From Octopus bimaculoides (taxonomy: Eukaryota): a stretch of DNA of 64,000 bases. Numbering within the stretch: the stretch's first letter is position 1; the number at the start of each line of letters is the position of its first letter. The notes under the pieces are model-generated. The model worked only from the letters and a program-made list of their open reading frames with translations. It was not told where the DNA came from and did not search any database. Positions 45,311 through 58,953 of this stretch are shown here, one piece after another. Location of the stretch: positions 26,331,840 to 26,395,839 of the forward strand of contig NC_069006.1 in NCBI RefSeq assembly GCF_001194135.2, given 5' to 3'. The position numbers were made by a program, and so were the translations under genes.

Positions 45311-48300
45311 TCTGTGAAAGTGAAAAGCATGGACATGAAAATATTAGCCATTTATTGAATTATACACTGTAGTTCATGTATTAAATTACATTTTAATCTG
45401 TGTGTGTATATATATATATACACACATACCACCTATCAAAGCTGTTCTCTGGTTGTAGACTAGAACTGGAGAAAGAGAGTATTTACAGATGCAAGAGGGA
45501 GATAAAAGAGTTGCCTTGATGCCAAAGCATGGAGACATATTGCTTGAGTGGTTGGTGAATGTGTGGGACTCTTACAAGATGCTTTCTCTTGATGTTGGTC
45601 ACTAATTCTTGACAGCCTTCACTGTATACAAACACTTTAGCAGAGACGTGGAGGAATTTATACTGCCCCTCGACCCCACCCCCCGTTTTCTGCTCCCCTT
45701 CATCATCACCACTGCTGACACAGCCAACAGCATTTCTCCTCTATCCATTAATTTCAGGGTAGGGGTCTAGTTGATTAGATGTGCAACTGGTGCTTATTTC
45801 ATGACCCTGAAAGATTGAAGGACAAAAGTTGACCTCAGCAAAATTTGAACTCAGAGCATGACAGTTGAAATGTCATTAAGCATTTTGCCCAACGTGTGCT
45901 AACGAGTCTGCTAGCTCCTCTACACAACAATTATTGCCTACATTGCAATATTGTGCTAGAACCTTGCTCACACACCACCACCACCACCATACTATACTTT
46001 CCTTCTCCTCCCTTTCTGTTCCTGATCAAAACTCCTCCAGTCAACAATCTGGTGATGGTTTAAATAAGAGGTTTACAGTCTCATCACGTGACACCCACCT
46101 CCACAAACACACCTAAACACATCCTCATAAAGGCCCACCACACACATCCTCACTTACCTACTCCCCCCCCCCCCNNNNNNNNNNNNNNNNNNNNNCCCCC
46201 CCCTTGTCCCTCCACACAAGTCACGAGACATGACTCACAGAAATGGTCACAAAATCTTAAGACAAAACATCTTTTGGTGTTTTTATTCAGGGAAACAAAA
46301 TACAAAAAAAATGACAGCAATTACCTTCTTTCTGCCCTCCCCCCTTGCTGTCCCCTTTTTTTTTTACCTTTTGTCAATTGTTCCCACCTTTTGTTGTTTA
46401 ACCCCAGGTCAAGCAAAGCTAATCATTTAAGGTATTCAAACCATTTAGGAGTGTTTTTTTTCTTTACCAAGCACAATGTATCTAGGACTACATGATCCAA
46501 TGTCTTCTTTTTATCAAAGACAGCCAATATGGAATTCAAAAGAATTTTGGCTGTTATTTTTAGTGAATCAAGCGACTACATTGTGGTTTCTTGGTCAATG
46601 TTTTTTTTTTTTAGTAATTGTTGCTTATCCCCAGATTATATTGTGGTGGGTGTGGGGTATGAGAATGAAAGATATTCCAACCATGACCATCCCATCTTTT
46701 TTTTTCTTCCTCATTTTGGAACTCCGCAGCACATTCTTCAGTGTTTGTTCCTTGTTGTTGATGTCATTGTTACTAATGATAGCGGTGATGGTAAATGGTA
46801 TTGTGGTTCTCCTGTTTTCCATATTTTGGTGACATGAGGTGGAAGAGAATGACAGAAGTGGTGGTGGTGGTCCTTTTGTGTTTGGTCTAATTACAGGCTT
46901 CCTTCACCTGACTTTCTTTGGGTCAACTTCTCAGTTAAACATAAGCAACGCCTGCAGCCATCAAATGACGAGGCAAATTAAAAACTATTTTTGAAATAAT
47001 GAAGGGAGCAACACTTTTTGTCATTCTACGATATCAGGTGATATCAATATATTTGCATACAATAACCTATTTGGGTAGCAGATAATATTACTAGATATCT
47101 CTACAATAATATACGAAATATTTGGTGACATTAATATATTTAAATATAATAAATATGTTAGGATATCAGATGAGATTGAAAGAAGACCGTAAATATATCG
47201 AATGGTATATATTTCTTTAACTGGTGATACTGTAATACAATACAAGACTAATTGACTCTGGTTAATTGCACACTCATGAAATTACTCTGTAATTAACTGA
47301 TTTTTGAGTAATTAGTGGATAGATTCTGTAATTTTGATATTTTATTGTTTTAAGTGTTTAGGCATATTGCATTTTAGTGTCTGTTCATGTAGATGTGTGT
47401 GCATATATTTTATGTATGTATATATATGTATTTGTATGCATGTGTATGTGTAGATAAATATATCAAGTAATTAGACAGCGGAAGGGAGAGAGAGATAGAT
47501 AGGGAAGTGAGCCCCAGTCAACTTGAAGGGAGCTGTTCTGATCAAGTTAAAATGGCAGTTAAAATTTTCATCTGCTAATTAAAGAAATAATCTCAATATT
47601 CATCAAGCAAAAGAGGTGCAAAACTGTAAACAGCATTAATTTGTATTTCTCAGTTGGATTATCTGATCAGGTTGAATGTTATCTGATCATCTGGGGAAAT
47701 ATATTCACCACTTAACAGGGCCAACCCCTTTCATAGCCTCCCTTTCCTCAACCGGGGCCCCTTTTTCTTTTATTACTTCCCTATGTTAATTGCATGTCAT
47801 TTTCTGGTTGACTCAGTGGGATGAGCCAATGTTATATGATACCAGCTGTAAAAGTCAAGGATTTGTGTTCTAGCTCTGCCTGCTGCTTTCAGTATTATTC
47901 TTGGGCCAACACATTGATGAATTAAAGAGTGTTGATGCCATGTGAAAGGCACTGGTAATGGTGCCACATAAAAAGCTCTGGTGATGGTGGCATGTATGTA
48001 TATGTGATATATATATATGCATTTTAAGATCCACAAAGAGCAGAACTTATCTGTGGCTCTTGGTGGTCCAAATCGGAGGTGCAATCTATGTGGGTGTCTT
48101 TTCAGAACATTGTCTGGTTTAAAAAGCCACACCAGATGCCATGATGTTGCTAAGGTGTAGGTACAGGAGGTGGTTAGACTCAGCATAAGGAGTAGGCAAC
48201 CACCATATATATATATATATGTATGTATATAAATCACTGAGTCCATGAGCCCACAGTGCAGAGTGGCTGGTGTTAGGAAGGGTATCCAGCCGTAAAAACC

Positions 48301-48604
48301 CTGCCAAAACAGACACAGTAGCTGGCTTCTGTTAACAGTCCAACCTTTATGCATGCATGGAAGACGGACGCTACACGATGATGATATACATGTATGTATG
48401 TTTATATATAATATATGTAGACACAGGTATATATTATAGAATGAAAGCAGGATATTATAATCTCAGACAATGTTATCAAAATTCGTGGTTCGGGATATTT
48501 TTGTTTTTTTAATTTATCTGCCGGTTATTTTTATATAGAAGTCTTTATTCCGAAGCGATCACAATGAGTGGCTTCAACTGTGTATGTGTGTGTGCGCACG
48601 CATA

Positions 48605-48671
<67 letters not shown>

Positions 48672-49669
48672 CTACATACACATGTATGTGTGTGTGTATA
48701 GAGTAAGAGTAGACACATAAATACTTGCATATATACATACATGAATATATATATATAGAGAGAGAGATAGATAAAGCAGACAATGTCCACGAACTTTAGT
48801 AAAACGACCATTGCAACACACACACACACAATCACACACGCACAAACTATTTGTTATTGTGCAACACACACACAAAGCCAATCATAAACATAAACACACC
48901 AACTTTCCTCAAACTTTTACCGCCCCTTCCTTACCACTCCCACGGTTAACCAATCAGTCACCGTTCACTCTCTTTCATTCTCCTTCCTACTTCTCTTCTC
49001 TCACCACACCTCATACCCTTGTCTATCTACTATTACCCTGCCTCTCGAATATTGCCTTCCCTCCCTCTTTTACTCTGTTTCTATCACTTTTACACCCTCC
49101 CACTACTTCCTATCGTTTACTCCCTCCCCTCTCTCTATTTCTCTTTGTTTCGCTCTATTAATTCACAACTTTTACCTCCCCCTCTCTCATTTTCTTTATC
49201 ACTTTACAGCCTCATCCTCCTTCTTACTTTTCTCTCACTTTCTCCACACTCCCCCTACCATTCAACCTATGTATCTCTCTCCTTCCAATAGCCTCTCTTT
49301 CTTTCTTTATACATCTCGCCCTTTTACTCTGTTTTTCTTTACCTCTTTTCCCTTTACCACTCGCCCTCTTACTCCCTGTTTCTCTGTATCTCTCTACCTC
49401 CTACCCTTTCACTCAGTCTTTCTCTCTACCTCTCCTCACTCCCTCTCTCCTCTACTAGTTCCAGCTTGTAGCTTCTTCTCATCGCGACCTGGGATTATCG
49501 CCTGTGGATTATTCCTTGGTCCCACGACCAATTCAACAGGAAACGGCCCGACACTGCGACAAACAAAACAAATCAGTGAGAAACAACAAAAAAGATATTT
49601 AAATCAAGAAAACAAATGAAAATATAAAAACCGCGAAAAGATGTGTCTTGGATGTACCTGGCTGTCCGG

Positions 49670-49724
49670 CTTGAGTGCCACTTAAGTGTCTCTTGAGTGT
49701 CACTCGAGTGTACCTTGAGTGTCC
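49670..49724 (+). repeat. 5 x 11-bp tandem array, consensus CTTGAGTGTCH
   Basis: CTTGAGTGCCA CTTAAGTGTCT CTTGAGTGTCA CTCGAGTGTAC CTTGAGTGTCC. Confidence 0.9.
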
Positions 49725-51401
49725 CCTGCCTTATGTGGTCTACTCTCACACAATACACACACATACATGTGTATATCTCTTTGTATATATACACATGTAT
49801 GTATATATATATATCTACAAACGTATGTCTATGTATACCTAGGTAATGTACCCCTGTGTACAGATGTACACTGGTAAATATATCTCTACATACATGTGTG
49901 TGGCCAATATATACATATACCTACTTGTCTATATATTTTCTCTATATATACCTGTATAAGTATGTATATATTCCGGTGTAGACCTCAATACAACATGTGA
50001 ATACAAAAGAAGGATAAACTCTACATGTTGAACAATAAATCTATATCCGTGTGTGTATATAATATGCATCATACATGTGTGTATGTATGCATATATATGT
50101 ATACATACATGTTGATCTCAGTGTTCCTGTCTCTAACAACGGCAATTCATTAACAGTTCATAAACTCAATTAAGGACTAAATTACTTCAGTGGATACAAA
50201 AACTTTAATTAGATGCAGACCAAATGGATAAGATAGAAGGTAAATAATATATCATATCATATCTATCTATCTATCTATCTACCTGTCTACCTGTCTGTAT
50301 GTGTATCTATCTATCGCTCTATCTATCTAGCTCTCTGTCTGTATGTGTGTATCTATCTACCTGTCTGTATGTATGTATGCATCTATCTATCTATCTATCT
50401 ATTTGTCTGTCTACATATACTTTTTCTTCAAAATGTTTCCTCCCCTCTCCTGTTGTTGTTTTGATTAATTATAATTTGCTGTTGTTGGGGTGGAGATGGC
50501 CATCAGGTGCGACTTGGTTACAAAATTACTGAGAAAGCGCTTCTGTGTTGACTTACTACTGCACGCGTGTGTGTCTATGTATATATATACATAAACTTAG
50601 TGCGTATGTATATATGCGTGTGTATAGAATTTATATATATATATGAAACTGGTTAGTGTCAATAAAAAGAAAGTAATCTGTTGTGTATGACGTGTATGTA
50701 TAGTGTCTACATAAAACTCTTGTGTGTATTACATTCGTGTACTCTGTGTGTGTTTTATACTTGTTCGATTTTGTATCCGTAATGAAACTTTACCTCAGCA
50801 AAAAGGAAATGTTTAAAGTATGTGTAATGTCTATATAATGTGTGAGTAATATTTATATGTGTGTGTGTAGTAACGCTGGAAACTGTATGTGTGTGGTAGA
50901 GAGAGAGAGATAGTGGAAGACAAGAGTAGAGACTGTGTATGTGTGATTGAGAGAGGGGTAGAGAGATGGAGAGAGAGAGATGCCGATACAATGTGTGAGA
51001 GAGAGAGAGGGTTTGAGGGAGATTTTGGTGAGTGTTTAGCAGGTCGAGTGATATGGAGAGAAATCGAAAATCAGTCAATATATCCTAAACTGAACTTTTC
51101 TAACGCAAGGACGTATTAAGAAATTCACTTCTCAACCACTTGGTTCCAGGTTCGGTCCCACTGCTTGGCACCTTGGGCAAAAGTCTTCGACTACGACACT
51201 AAATCGACAGAAGCCTTGTGAGCATGGCTGTCTTAGCAATATTATATATCCTCGGGCAATTTGATGCACTGGCTGGTATAGTATTTATTGATAGCAAGCC
51301 ACAACATTGTTCAGAATCGGGGGCCCTAGATCAGCGAGGCCCTTAGTGTGCCCACGCCTTAAGACAGCATTGCTGTGAGTGAATTTGGAAGAGGAAAATT
51401 G

Positions 51402-51436
<35 letters not shown>

Positions 51437-51831
51437 GTTTTGAGGGGAAGAATCAGTACACAGTATCAGAATTCTCGACTCAAGTCAAATATAATAAACT
51501 TTTCCAAATCGTTGAAGTATCTGCTTAAATGGAGCGTGAGGATCCGGTTAGTTTGTCCTGGCATCGTATTAATTGTCATAATGACGTCAAACTAAAAGGT
51601 GATAGTTGGAAATCGTTTGATTGCAGGACGTTTCAGATCTGTGTGAAATTCTATAGGAAATGCATGCAATATGTAAGACCTTCTTCCTCAGTTGAAACAT
51701 TTCAAAAATATGAAGAAATTGATGGACAAATTTGTGGCATTACATTCACTCCATGATTAACAATCGTTTCAACAACATGCGGATGACAAATTATATATAA
51801 CTATATATATATGTGTGTATGTTTATGTATG

Positions 51832-51870
<39 letters not shown>

Positions 51871-52493
51871 NNNNNNNNNNNNNNNNNNNNNNNNNNNNNN
51901 NNNNNNNNNNNNNNNNNNNNNNNNNNNNNNNNNNNNNNNNNNNNNNNNNNNNNNNNNNNNNNNNNNNNNNNNNNNNNNNNNNNNNNNNNNNNNNNNNNNN
52001 NNNNNNNNNNNNNNNNNNNNNNNNNNNNNNNNNNNNNNNNNNNNNNNNNNNNNNNNNNNNNNNNNNNNNNNNNNNNNNNNNNNNNNNNNNNNNNNNNNNN
52101 NNNNGTTACTATATATGTATATATATATATATATATGCATATATGGGTACAGGACGTCACCAACTGTGTAAACATGAAGTACGAAAACAAGTTAAATATG
52201 CAAACAGTGAGAGAAAAAATGGAAAATGGGACAAGTAAACACAGAGAAACGACCCTTTATCGTTTGTTGGCTGTCTATCTACTCCTCATTTCGAGCATTC
52301 AACGACAATATGAGTCTTCAAAGACAGTTGCTTCCATAAATTCCAGAATAAAATTTTGGATTTATGGGGGGGCGAGCAAAGTTGGGAACAAAAACAGCAC
52401 AATGGAGACGTACAAGGAAGTCAAACAAAAACAAACATGGATGGTCGTTAGACCAGAATGAGAGGAAAGTAGTGAATGCTGAGAATGGCAATG

Positions 52494-52532
<39 letters not shown>

Positions 52533-52874
52533 ATATGTTGAAAACCACAGGTGTAGAGTGTTGCTCCAGAAGAGGAGTTAAGTGGAATGAATGGTTAGGG
52601 AAGGTAGGGGTACAGGAGTACTCAGATATATATGTGTACAGGTGAAATAGATACTTTATAATAACACCCAGGAGACTCCGTAGCATTTATTTATCCAGGT
52701 GACATAATTAGTAGCAGGGGTGGGGATCAGTTTAGAAAGCAGAGGAACCTGAATTAGAACGGGGTGGAAAAATTGAGGGAATTACTTCCTCTGCAGTCAA
52801 CAAAATGAAAGGTAAATTTTGTGATGTTAGATATTAGGGGAGGTGGTCGTGGAATGGAGAGACGCTTTGGGAAG

Positions 52875-52950
52875 GATTGAAAGCTTGTGAAGCAAGCATA
52901 CTGCACTGGATGTGCAATGTTTGTGCGCACAAACGATGAGGTATGAACAT
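52875..52950 (+). mobile_element. Short RTE-clade LINE remnant
   Basis: Translates as KACEASILHWMCNVCAHKR, resembling the RTE ORF2 motif ExxMLRWMCxV. Confidence 0.45.
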
Positions 52951-53266
52951 CTGGGATTTTTACAAATGTCTCTCTGAACAATTGGCTCAGGATATCATTG
53001 TGTTGTGGGGTAGTGTTTGTGTTTGGCTACCCCAGACCACCAGCAAAACGCTCCTTAGCCATTAAGAGCTCTCACCCCTCCCCCACTACATCGTAGACAC
53101 CAAAAACATTTCCAATAGTGTTAGATTAAGACTGAAAACTCGTCCCAACATTTTTGTGGACATGGCCCAACCAGGAAGGTGTAGGACACCCAACAATATT
53201 CTATGGAAGAGATGTAAACTTCACAAAGCTCATTGCAGGAAACCCAAAGAGGGGTCAACGATTTTG

Positions 53267-53305
<39 letters not shown>

Positions 53306-54546
53306 CACATGCGTGAGTCGTCTAAGTGAGTATATTATCCGAATTTTGTAGTATTAAAAGATCAGTGGTGATGGCTATTTAATACTATGAAATTCGGATT
53401 ATATATATAACCCTAACAGGGATTGCTTTTAGAAATATTCAGTTAGTCCAAGAGACCAGATAGGGTACGTTCTTGGTTCCTGTATGTCTGCTGTGTTTAC
53501 ACGGATGTGTGTGTATATATATATATATNNNNNNNNNNNNNNNNNNNNNNNNNNNNNNNNNNNNNNNNNNNNNNNNNNNNNNNNNNNNNNNNNNNNNNNN
53601 NNNNNNNNNNNNNNNNNNNNNNNNNNNNNNNNNNNNNNNNNNNNNNNNNNNNNNNNNNNNNNNNNNNNNNNNNNNNNNNNNNNNNNNNNNNNNNNNNNNN
53701 NNNNNNNNNNNNNNNNNNNNNNNNNNNNNNNNNNNNNNNNNNNNNNNNNNNNNNNNNNNNNNNNNNNNNNNNNNNNNNNNNNNNNNNNNNNNNNNNNNNN
53801 NNNNNNNNNNNNNNNNNNNNNNNNNNNNNNNNNNNNNNNNNNNNNNNNNNNNNNNNNNNNNNNNNNNNNNNNNNNNNNNNNNNNNNNNNNNNNNNNNNNN
53901 NNNNNNNNNNNNNNNNNNNNNNNNNNNNNNNNNNNNNNNNNNNNNNNNNNNNNNNNNNNNNNNNNNNNNNNNNNNNNNNNNNNNNNNNNNNNNNNNNNNN
54001 NNNNNNNNNNNNNNNNNNNNNNNNNNNNNNNNNNNNNNNNNNNNNNNNNNNNNNNNNNNNNNNNNNNNNNNNNNNNNNNNNNNNNNNNNNNNNNNNNNNN
54101 NNNNNNNNNNNNNNNNNNNNNNNNNNNNNNNNNNNNNNNNNNNNNNNNNNNNNNNNNNNNNNNNNNNNNNNNNNNNNNNNNNNNNNNNNNNNNNNNNNNN
54201 NNNNNNNNNNNNNNNNNNNNNNNNNNNNNNNNNNNNNNNNNNNNNNNNNNNNNNNNNNNNNNNNNNNNNNNNNNNNNNNNNNNNNNNNNNNNNNNNNNNN
54301 NNNNNNNNNNNNNNNNNNNNNNNNNNATATACGAATATATTTGTCCATATACACTCGTTAACATGCATCGAAACAGTCCAATTCACATTTATACGCACAC
54401 ACGCACGCTCCTCTCTGAAAGGGCGCGCAGATTTGAAAGTATTTCTAAGAAAAGCGTGTTTCTCTCTGTCTGTGAGAGAGAGAGTAAAAGACGGAGTTTG
54501 TTGTGTAAGAGAGAATGGTGGGGAACCGACAGAGTTGTGTTGCCTT

Positions 54547-54670
54547 TCCATTCAATCTTCTTTCTCCTCCTCCTCTTTCTTCTTCTTCTTTTTCTTTTTC
54601 TCCTCCTCCTCTTTCTTCTTTTTCTTTTTCTCCTCCTCCTCCTCTTTCTTCTTCTTCTTCTTCTTCTTCC
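54547..54670 (+). repeat. Homopyrimidine (TTC/TCC)n tract
   Basis: About 120 nt of pure pyrimidines; a further pyrimidine-rich block lies at about 48900-49450. Confidence 0.9.
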
Positions 54671-55042
54671 GTTCCGCGTGAGACAGGAATGATATATTAT
54701 ACAGGGTAGAGGGGCCAGAGTTTATTATCTTAGGCGACCCTTTACCCCCAGATGTCTTCTACTAAGAGAGACTCTGCCTTTCTTTCGTTCACCACACAAA
54801 GAAAGAAAGGAATGAGAACAGAACAAATACCCGCACACACATTCACACGTAGGCTGACATACCTTTACACACACACACACATACGCAGACCGACATACCT
54901 ACACACACATTTGCCCCTACGCACGCTCGCACACAAACACACACACATGGCGAGCCACTCACGTACACACTGTCAAAGACAAGCACAGAAACACACTTCT
55001 CCAAACATCGACACACACACACATTCTGCTACTCTTCTCATC

Positions 55043-55089
<47 letters not shown>

Positions 55090-56164
55090 GGGTAATCTAT
55101 ACACACACGTACAACTCCTCATTCACAAACACGTACACAGCCCTTCCATTCACTTGTCAACACACACATTACCAAACTGCTGCAGGTGGTGGTGCCTGTC
55201 CCTCCCCCCCCTATAAAGTAGTGCTGTTACAAAATGTTGGCCGGTTGTGATTTCAATCCCTGTTATTAGCAGAAACTAAAAAACAAAAGCAGCATTTCCT
55301 ATTTTGGTGGCGAGAAAATAAAAACAAATTCAGATAAAACAAAAGTAGACAAACAAAAGTACAAACATTCATGGCCCCTCACACTCTTCGTTCACACACT
55401 CTCTCAGCTCAGTCGGCTTCTTATCATCCACCCGACATTAGAGGCACGCACACACGCACACACACACACACGCACGCACACACACACACACACACACACC
55501 GCCTCCTCGTTCTTTGACTACACGCACACACGTACTGTAGACACCTAATTACATATAGACACGTACACGATTACAAATACCCATAGATACACAATGTCCA
55601 CTCATACACACATATATACAACCTGTTGACATACAAATTGCAAATATACATACATACACGATATACACACACACACACAATCTAAAACTTCCTCTTTGGG
55701 TTTCCTTGAATAAAGAGGATAAACATGAAGAATTTTCCGGGACCTGGACGGGTTTAGGGGACCAGAAATATTTCCTTTTTTTCCCTTACGTGGTTGTTGT
55801 TGTTGTTCAGCCCTATTGTCAGCTTTGATCCCTTAGGTTCTATGAATAAAACGTCTTCTGGTGTGATGACCATCCTTTCCTCTTTTTGTGTTGTGGATTG
55901 GCAGCAGCATCATCATCAGTGTTTCAGAGAAAATGGTTGCAGTAGTTTGTTACGACCCTTCATGTTGTGAGTTCAAATCTTGCTGAGATCAAAATTGACT
56001 TCGTTCCTCATGGGGTCAATTTCAAGTGAGACTTGATGTAAGATGTGTGTGTGTGGTGGGGAATAGACATGTGAAAGGAAGAAACCCTCCACTTTTCTTT
56101 AAATATGAACAAAAGAGTCTGAAAATTATTTTAGCTTTTTTTTAACTGCGTCTATGGATGATTA

Positions 56165-56530
56165 TTTTGTATTTCTACAGATTTTGTGCTCCCAAAATAT
56201 TTGTAGTTCTACAAAGGACTATGTACTCTGTAGACTGCTTTGTACTCCTGAAATACTTGTAGTTTATAAAGAACTCTATGTGCTCCTACAGATTGTTTTG
56301 TACTCCTAGAGAGGACTTGTGTGTACTCCCAAATGCTGGAATTACATAAACAACTGGATGGGGGTCTACTCCTACACATAATTATTTTTATAGCCTTGCA
56401 GACAACTGTGTACTCCCAAAATATTAGTAGTTCTATAAACGACTGTATGTACTCTATAGACAATTTCGTACTCCTACAGATAGCATGTACTCTCCTGCTG
56501 ACACTAATTTCATACTCCTGCAGAGAATTT
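56165..56530 (+). repeat. Degenerate minisatellite with TGTACTCC core
   Basis: More than 10 recurrences of GTACTC(C/T) at roughly 20-nt spacing, with a roughly 70-bp higher-order unit seen twice. Confidence 0.7.
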
Positions 56531-57244
56531 TATCTCTTTTCATTTTATTTGCTTTGTAAAGTTTAAAGTACAAAACTCAACTAGTTTTTGTATGTGTGGC
56601 AGTATATATGTGTATGTTGCTGTATGTGCCTCTCTAACACACATATATCTGTGTGTGTGTGTGTGTCTATGTCTATGTCTAGATTCAAGATGTCAGCTTT
56701 TGAGACACTAGGGTACCTCTCACATGCATTATCTACATTTTCTTATTTTCTTCAGAATCGAAACACACACACAAATAACCCTCACCCCCATTTTACTGTA
56801 TCTCAAGACTAATAATTATAACTGAACTCCTAATACCAAAGACACAGTATTAAGCAGTGTGTAGAGTGTTTTTCTCCATATTTTGGGGCTACAAACAAAA
56901 GAATGCTGAATCCATGAGAGTTTATATTCTCCATGTTGTCACATGTGGCAGAAGACGAGGTGGGAGGGAATCACCACCAGCTGACCCCTGATATATGGAA
57001 TGTAGCTGAGGCTCAGTATTTCGGTTTTATTTCACATATATCACATTAGTCATAGTCCTAATTAGTTGAGGCATGTATCTCGTTAGTCATAGCCCCAACT
57101 AATTGCCAAGTATTTGCAGAGCACTTTTAGGAATTGAATACTTTGATTGCACAATGCAATGCACACACACATCTATATACCAACACACACACATAGATAT
57201 CTCTATATCCACCCTTCACACACAAACATATAAATATATACCCA

Positions 57245-57283
<39 letters not shown>

Positions 57284-57320
57284 CTATATACCAACACACA
57301 CACATACATACACAAACATA

Positions 57321-57720
57321 GGCACAGGTATGGCTGTGTGGTAAGAAGCTTGCTTCCTAACCACATGGTTCCAGGTTCAGTCCCACTGTGTGGCACCTTG
57401 GGCAAGTGTCTTCTATCATAGCCTCAGGCCGACCAAATCCTGTGAGTGGATCTAGTCGATGGAAACTGAAAGAAGCCCGTCATATGTACATATACGTGTA
57501 TATGTGTGTTTCTTTGTGTCTGTCCCCCCCCATTACCACTTCACAACCCTTGTTAGTGTGTTTATGTCCTGTAAATTAGTGGTTCAGCAAAAGAGACTGA
57601 GAAAATAAGTACTGGGCCTTAAAAAGTTAGTCCTGGGGTTGATTTGTTAGACTAAAATCCTTCAAGGCAGTGCTCCAGCATGGCTGCAGTCAAATGACTG
57701 GGACAAGTAAGAAAATTAAA
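57321..57720 (+). mobile_element. tRNA-derived SINE, family A (near full length)
   Basis: Head GGCACAGGTATGGCTGTGTGGTAAGAAG...GGTTCAGTCCC...GGCACCTTGGGCAAGTG...GGAAACTGAAAGAAGCCC. Homologous copies at about 2732-2810, 3545-3680, 19350-19510, 20520-20870, 24085-24360, 43965-44060 (-) and 51135-51230. Confidence 0.85.
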
Positions 57721-58456
57721 ATGTACATATAAATATATATCCACACTCACACACACATCTATATACCCCCACACACATACAATAACCTATATACTCAAGT
57801 ATGTGTATGATGGTGTATGCATATATGTATGTGTGTGTGTGATTATGTATTTATGCACATATTTATACAGACACACGCCTGCAAGTGCACGTATACACAC
57901 CTTATAAGGTATGAGCTAATATAAGTGTCTAATGAATGATTAGCAAGTGTGGAAGAGCGAGACTTAGTCTTTTGCTGAACAAAACTATTTATTGTTTGCT
58001 GACTCATTTCAACGTAAATAAATAGTTTAACGAAAGCTTAGTAACTTCTTGTTGGACCATCTCTCTTGTTTAATCACTCACACACACACACACACTGACC
58101 GTGTTGCTGGATATAATCCCTCCCCCCTCACACATAATGATTAATAACAACAATGGTAATTTTCTTTAGAAGCCACAAAGCACTTGAACGTACAATAAAC
58201 TGCTAAAACCACGCAGAGGTAATGTTTAGATGAGGTTGGAAGACGTTGCATATAAACACAGAGGAGTGTGTGTTTGTTGAAACCATTTTGCATTCAACCT
58301 GCCCGCATCCAGTCCCAAATGCCCTACCTATGTTATGTTTAAACCAGCCAGATCCTGCTTCTCACACCTACCGTACAATGTCTTTCTAAGAATAAAGCAA
58401 TCCAATCATTGAAATCTCAAAGCTATGAGATAATTCAGGATTAAGTGAAAACAATG

Positions 58457-58953
58457 GCTATAGGCTGTGCTTGAGAAGACCCGGCAACTAAAGTGAGATC
58501 GCAGCCATGCATGTCTGGCCCAGTTAAGAGGACCCCTGATGTGTCGGGTGATATGATATGCTTGAGAAGACCTGTTGAGTCAAGTAAAATCAATATTGTA
58601 GCTGTGGCCAGTGCCCCCCTGACTGGCTCCCATGCCAGTGGCACATAAAAAGCACCATCTGAACGTGGTTGATGCCAGTACCCCCTGACTGGCCCCTGTG
58701 CTGGTGGCACGTAAAAAGCACTGTCCGAACATGATCAATGCCACGCCTGCCTGACTGGCTCCTGTGCCAGTGGCACGTAAAAGCACCCACTACACTCTCA
58801 GAGTGGTTGACGTTAGGAAGGGCATCCAGCTGTAGAAACATTTCCAAAGCAGATTAGAGCCTGGTGCAGCCTTCTGGCTCTCCAGACCGCAGTTAAACCG
58901 TCCAACCCATGCCAGCATGGAAAGCGGACGTTAAATGATGATGATGATGATGA
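58457..58953 (+). mobile_element. (TGA)n-tailed RTE-related retroelement 3' end / SINE
   Basis: ...TTAGGAAGGGCATCCAGCTGTAGAAAC...CCAACCCATGCCAGCATGGAAAGCGGACGTTAAA(TGA)n with internal tandem subrepeats. Other copies at about 14500-14650 (-), 15900-16050, 23232-23400 (-), 35298-35520 (-), 41397-41537 and 47930-48385. Confidence 0.8.

Noticed and set aside
49670-49724. CRISPR-like interpretation of this and other short repeat arrays
   Set aside because: No unique spacers, no cas genes, eukaryotic intron-rich context.
51801-54692. Long ORFs full of X, YI and CV repeats
   Set aside because: Produced by N gaps and (TA)n/(TG)n microsatellites.
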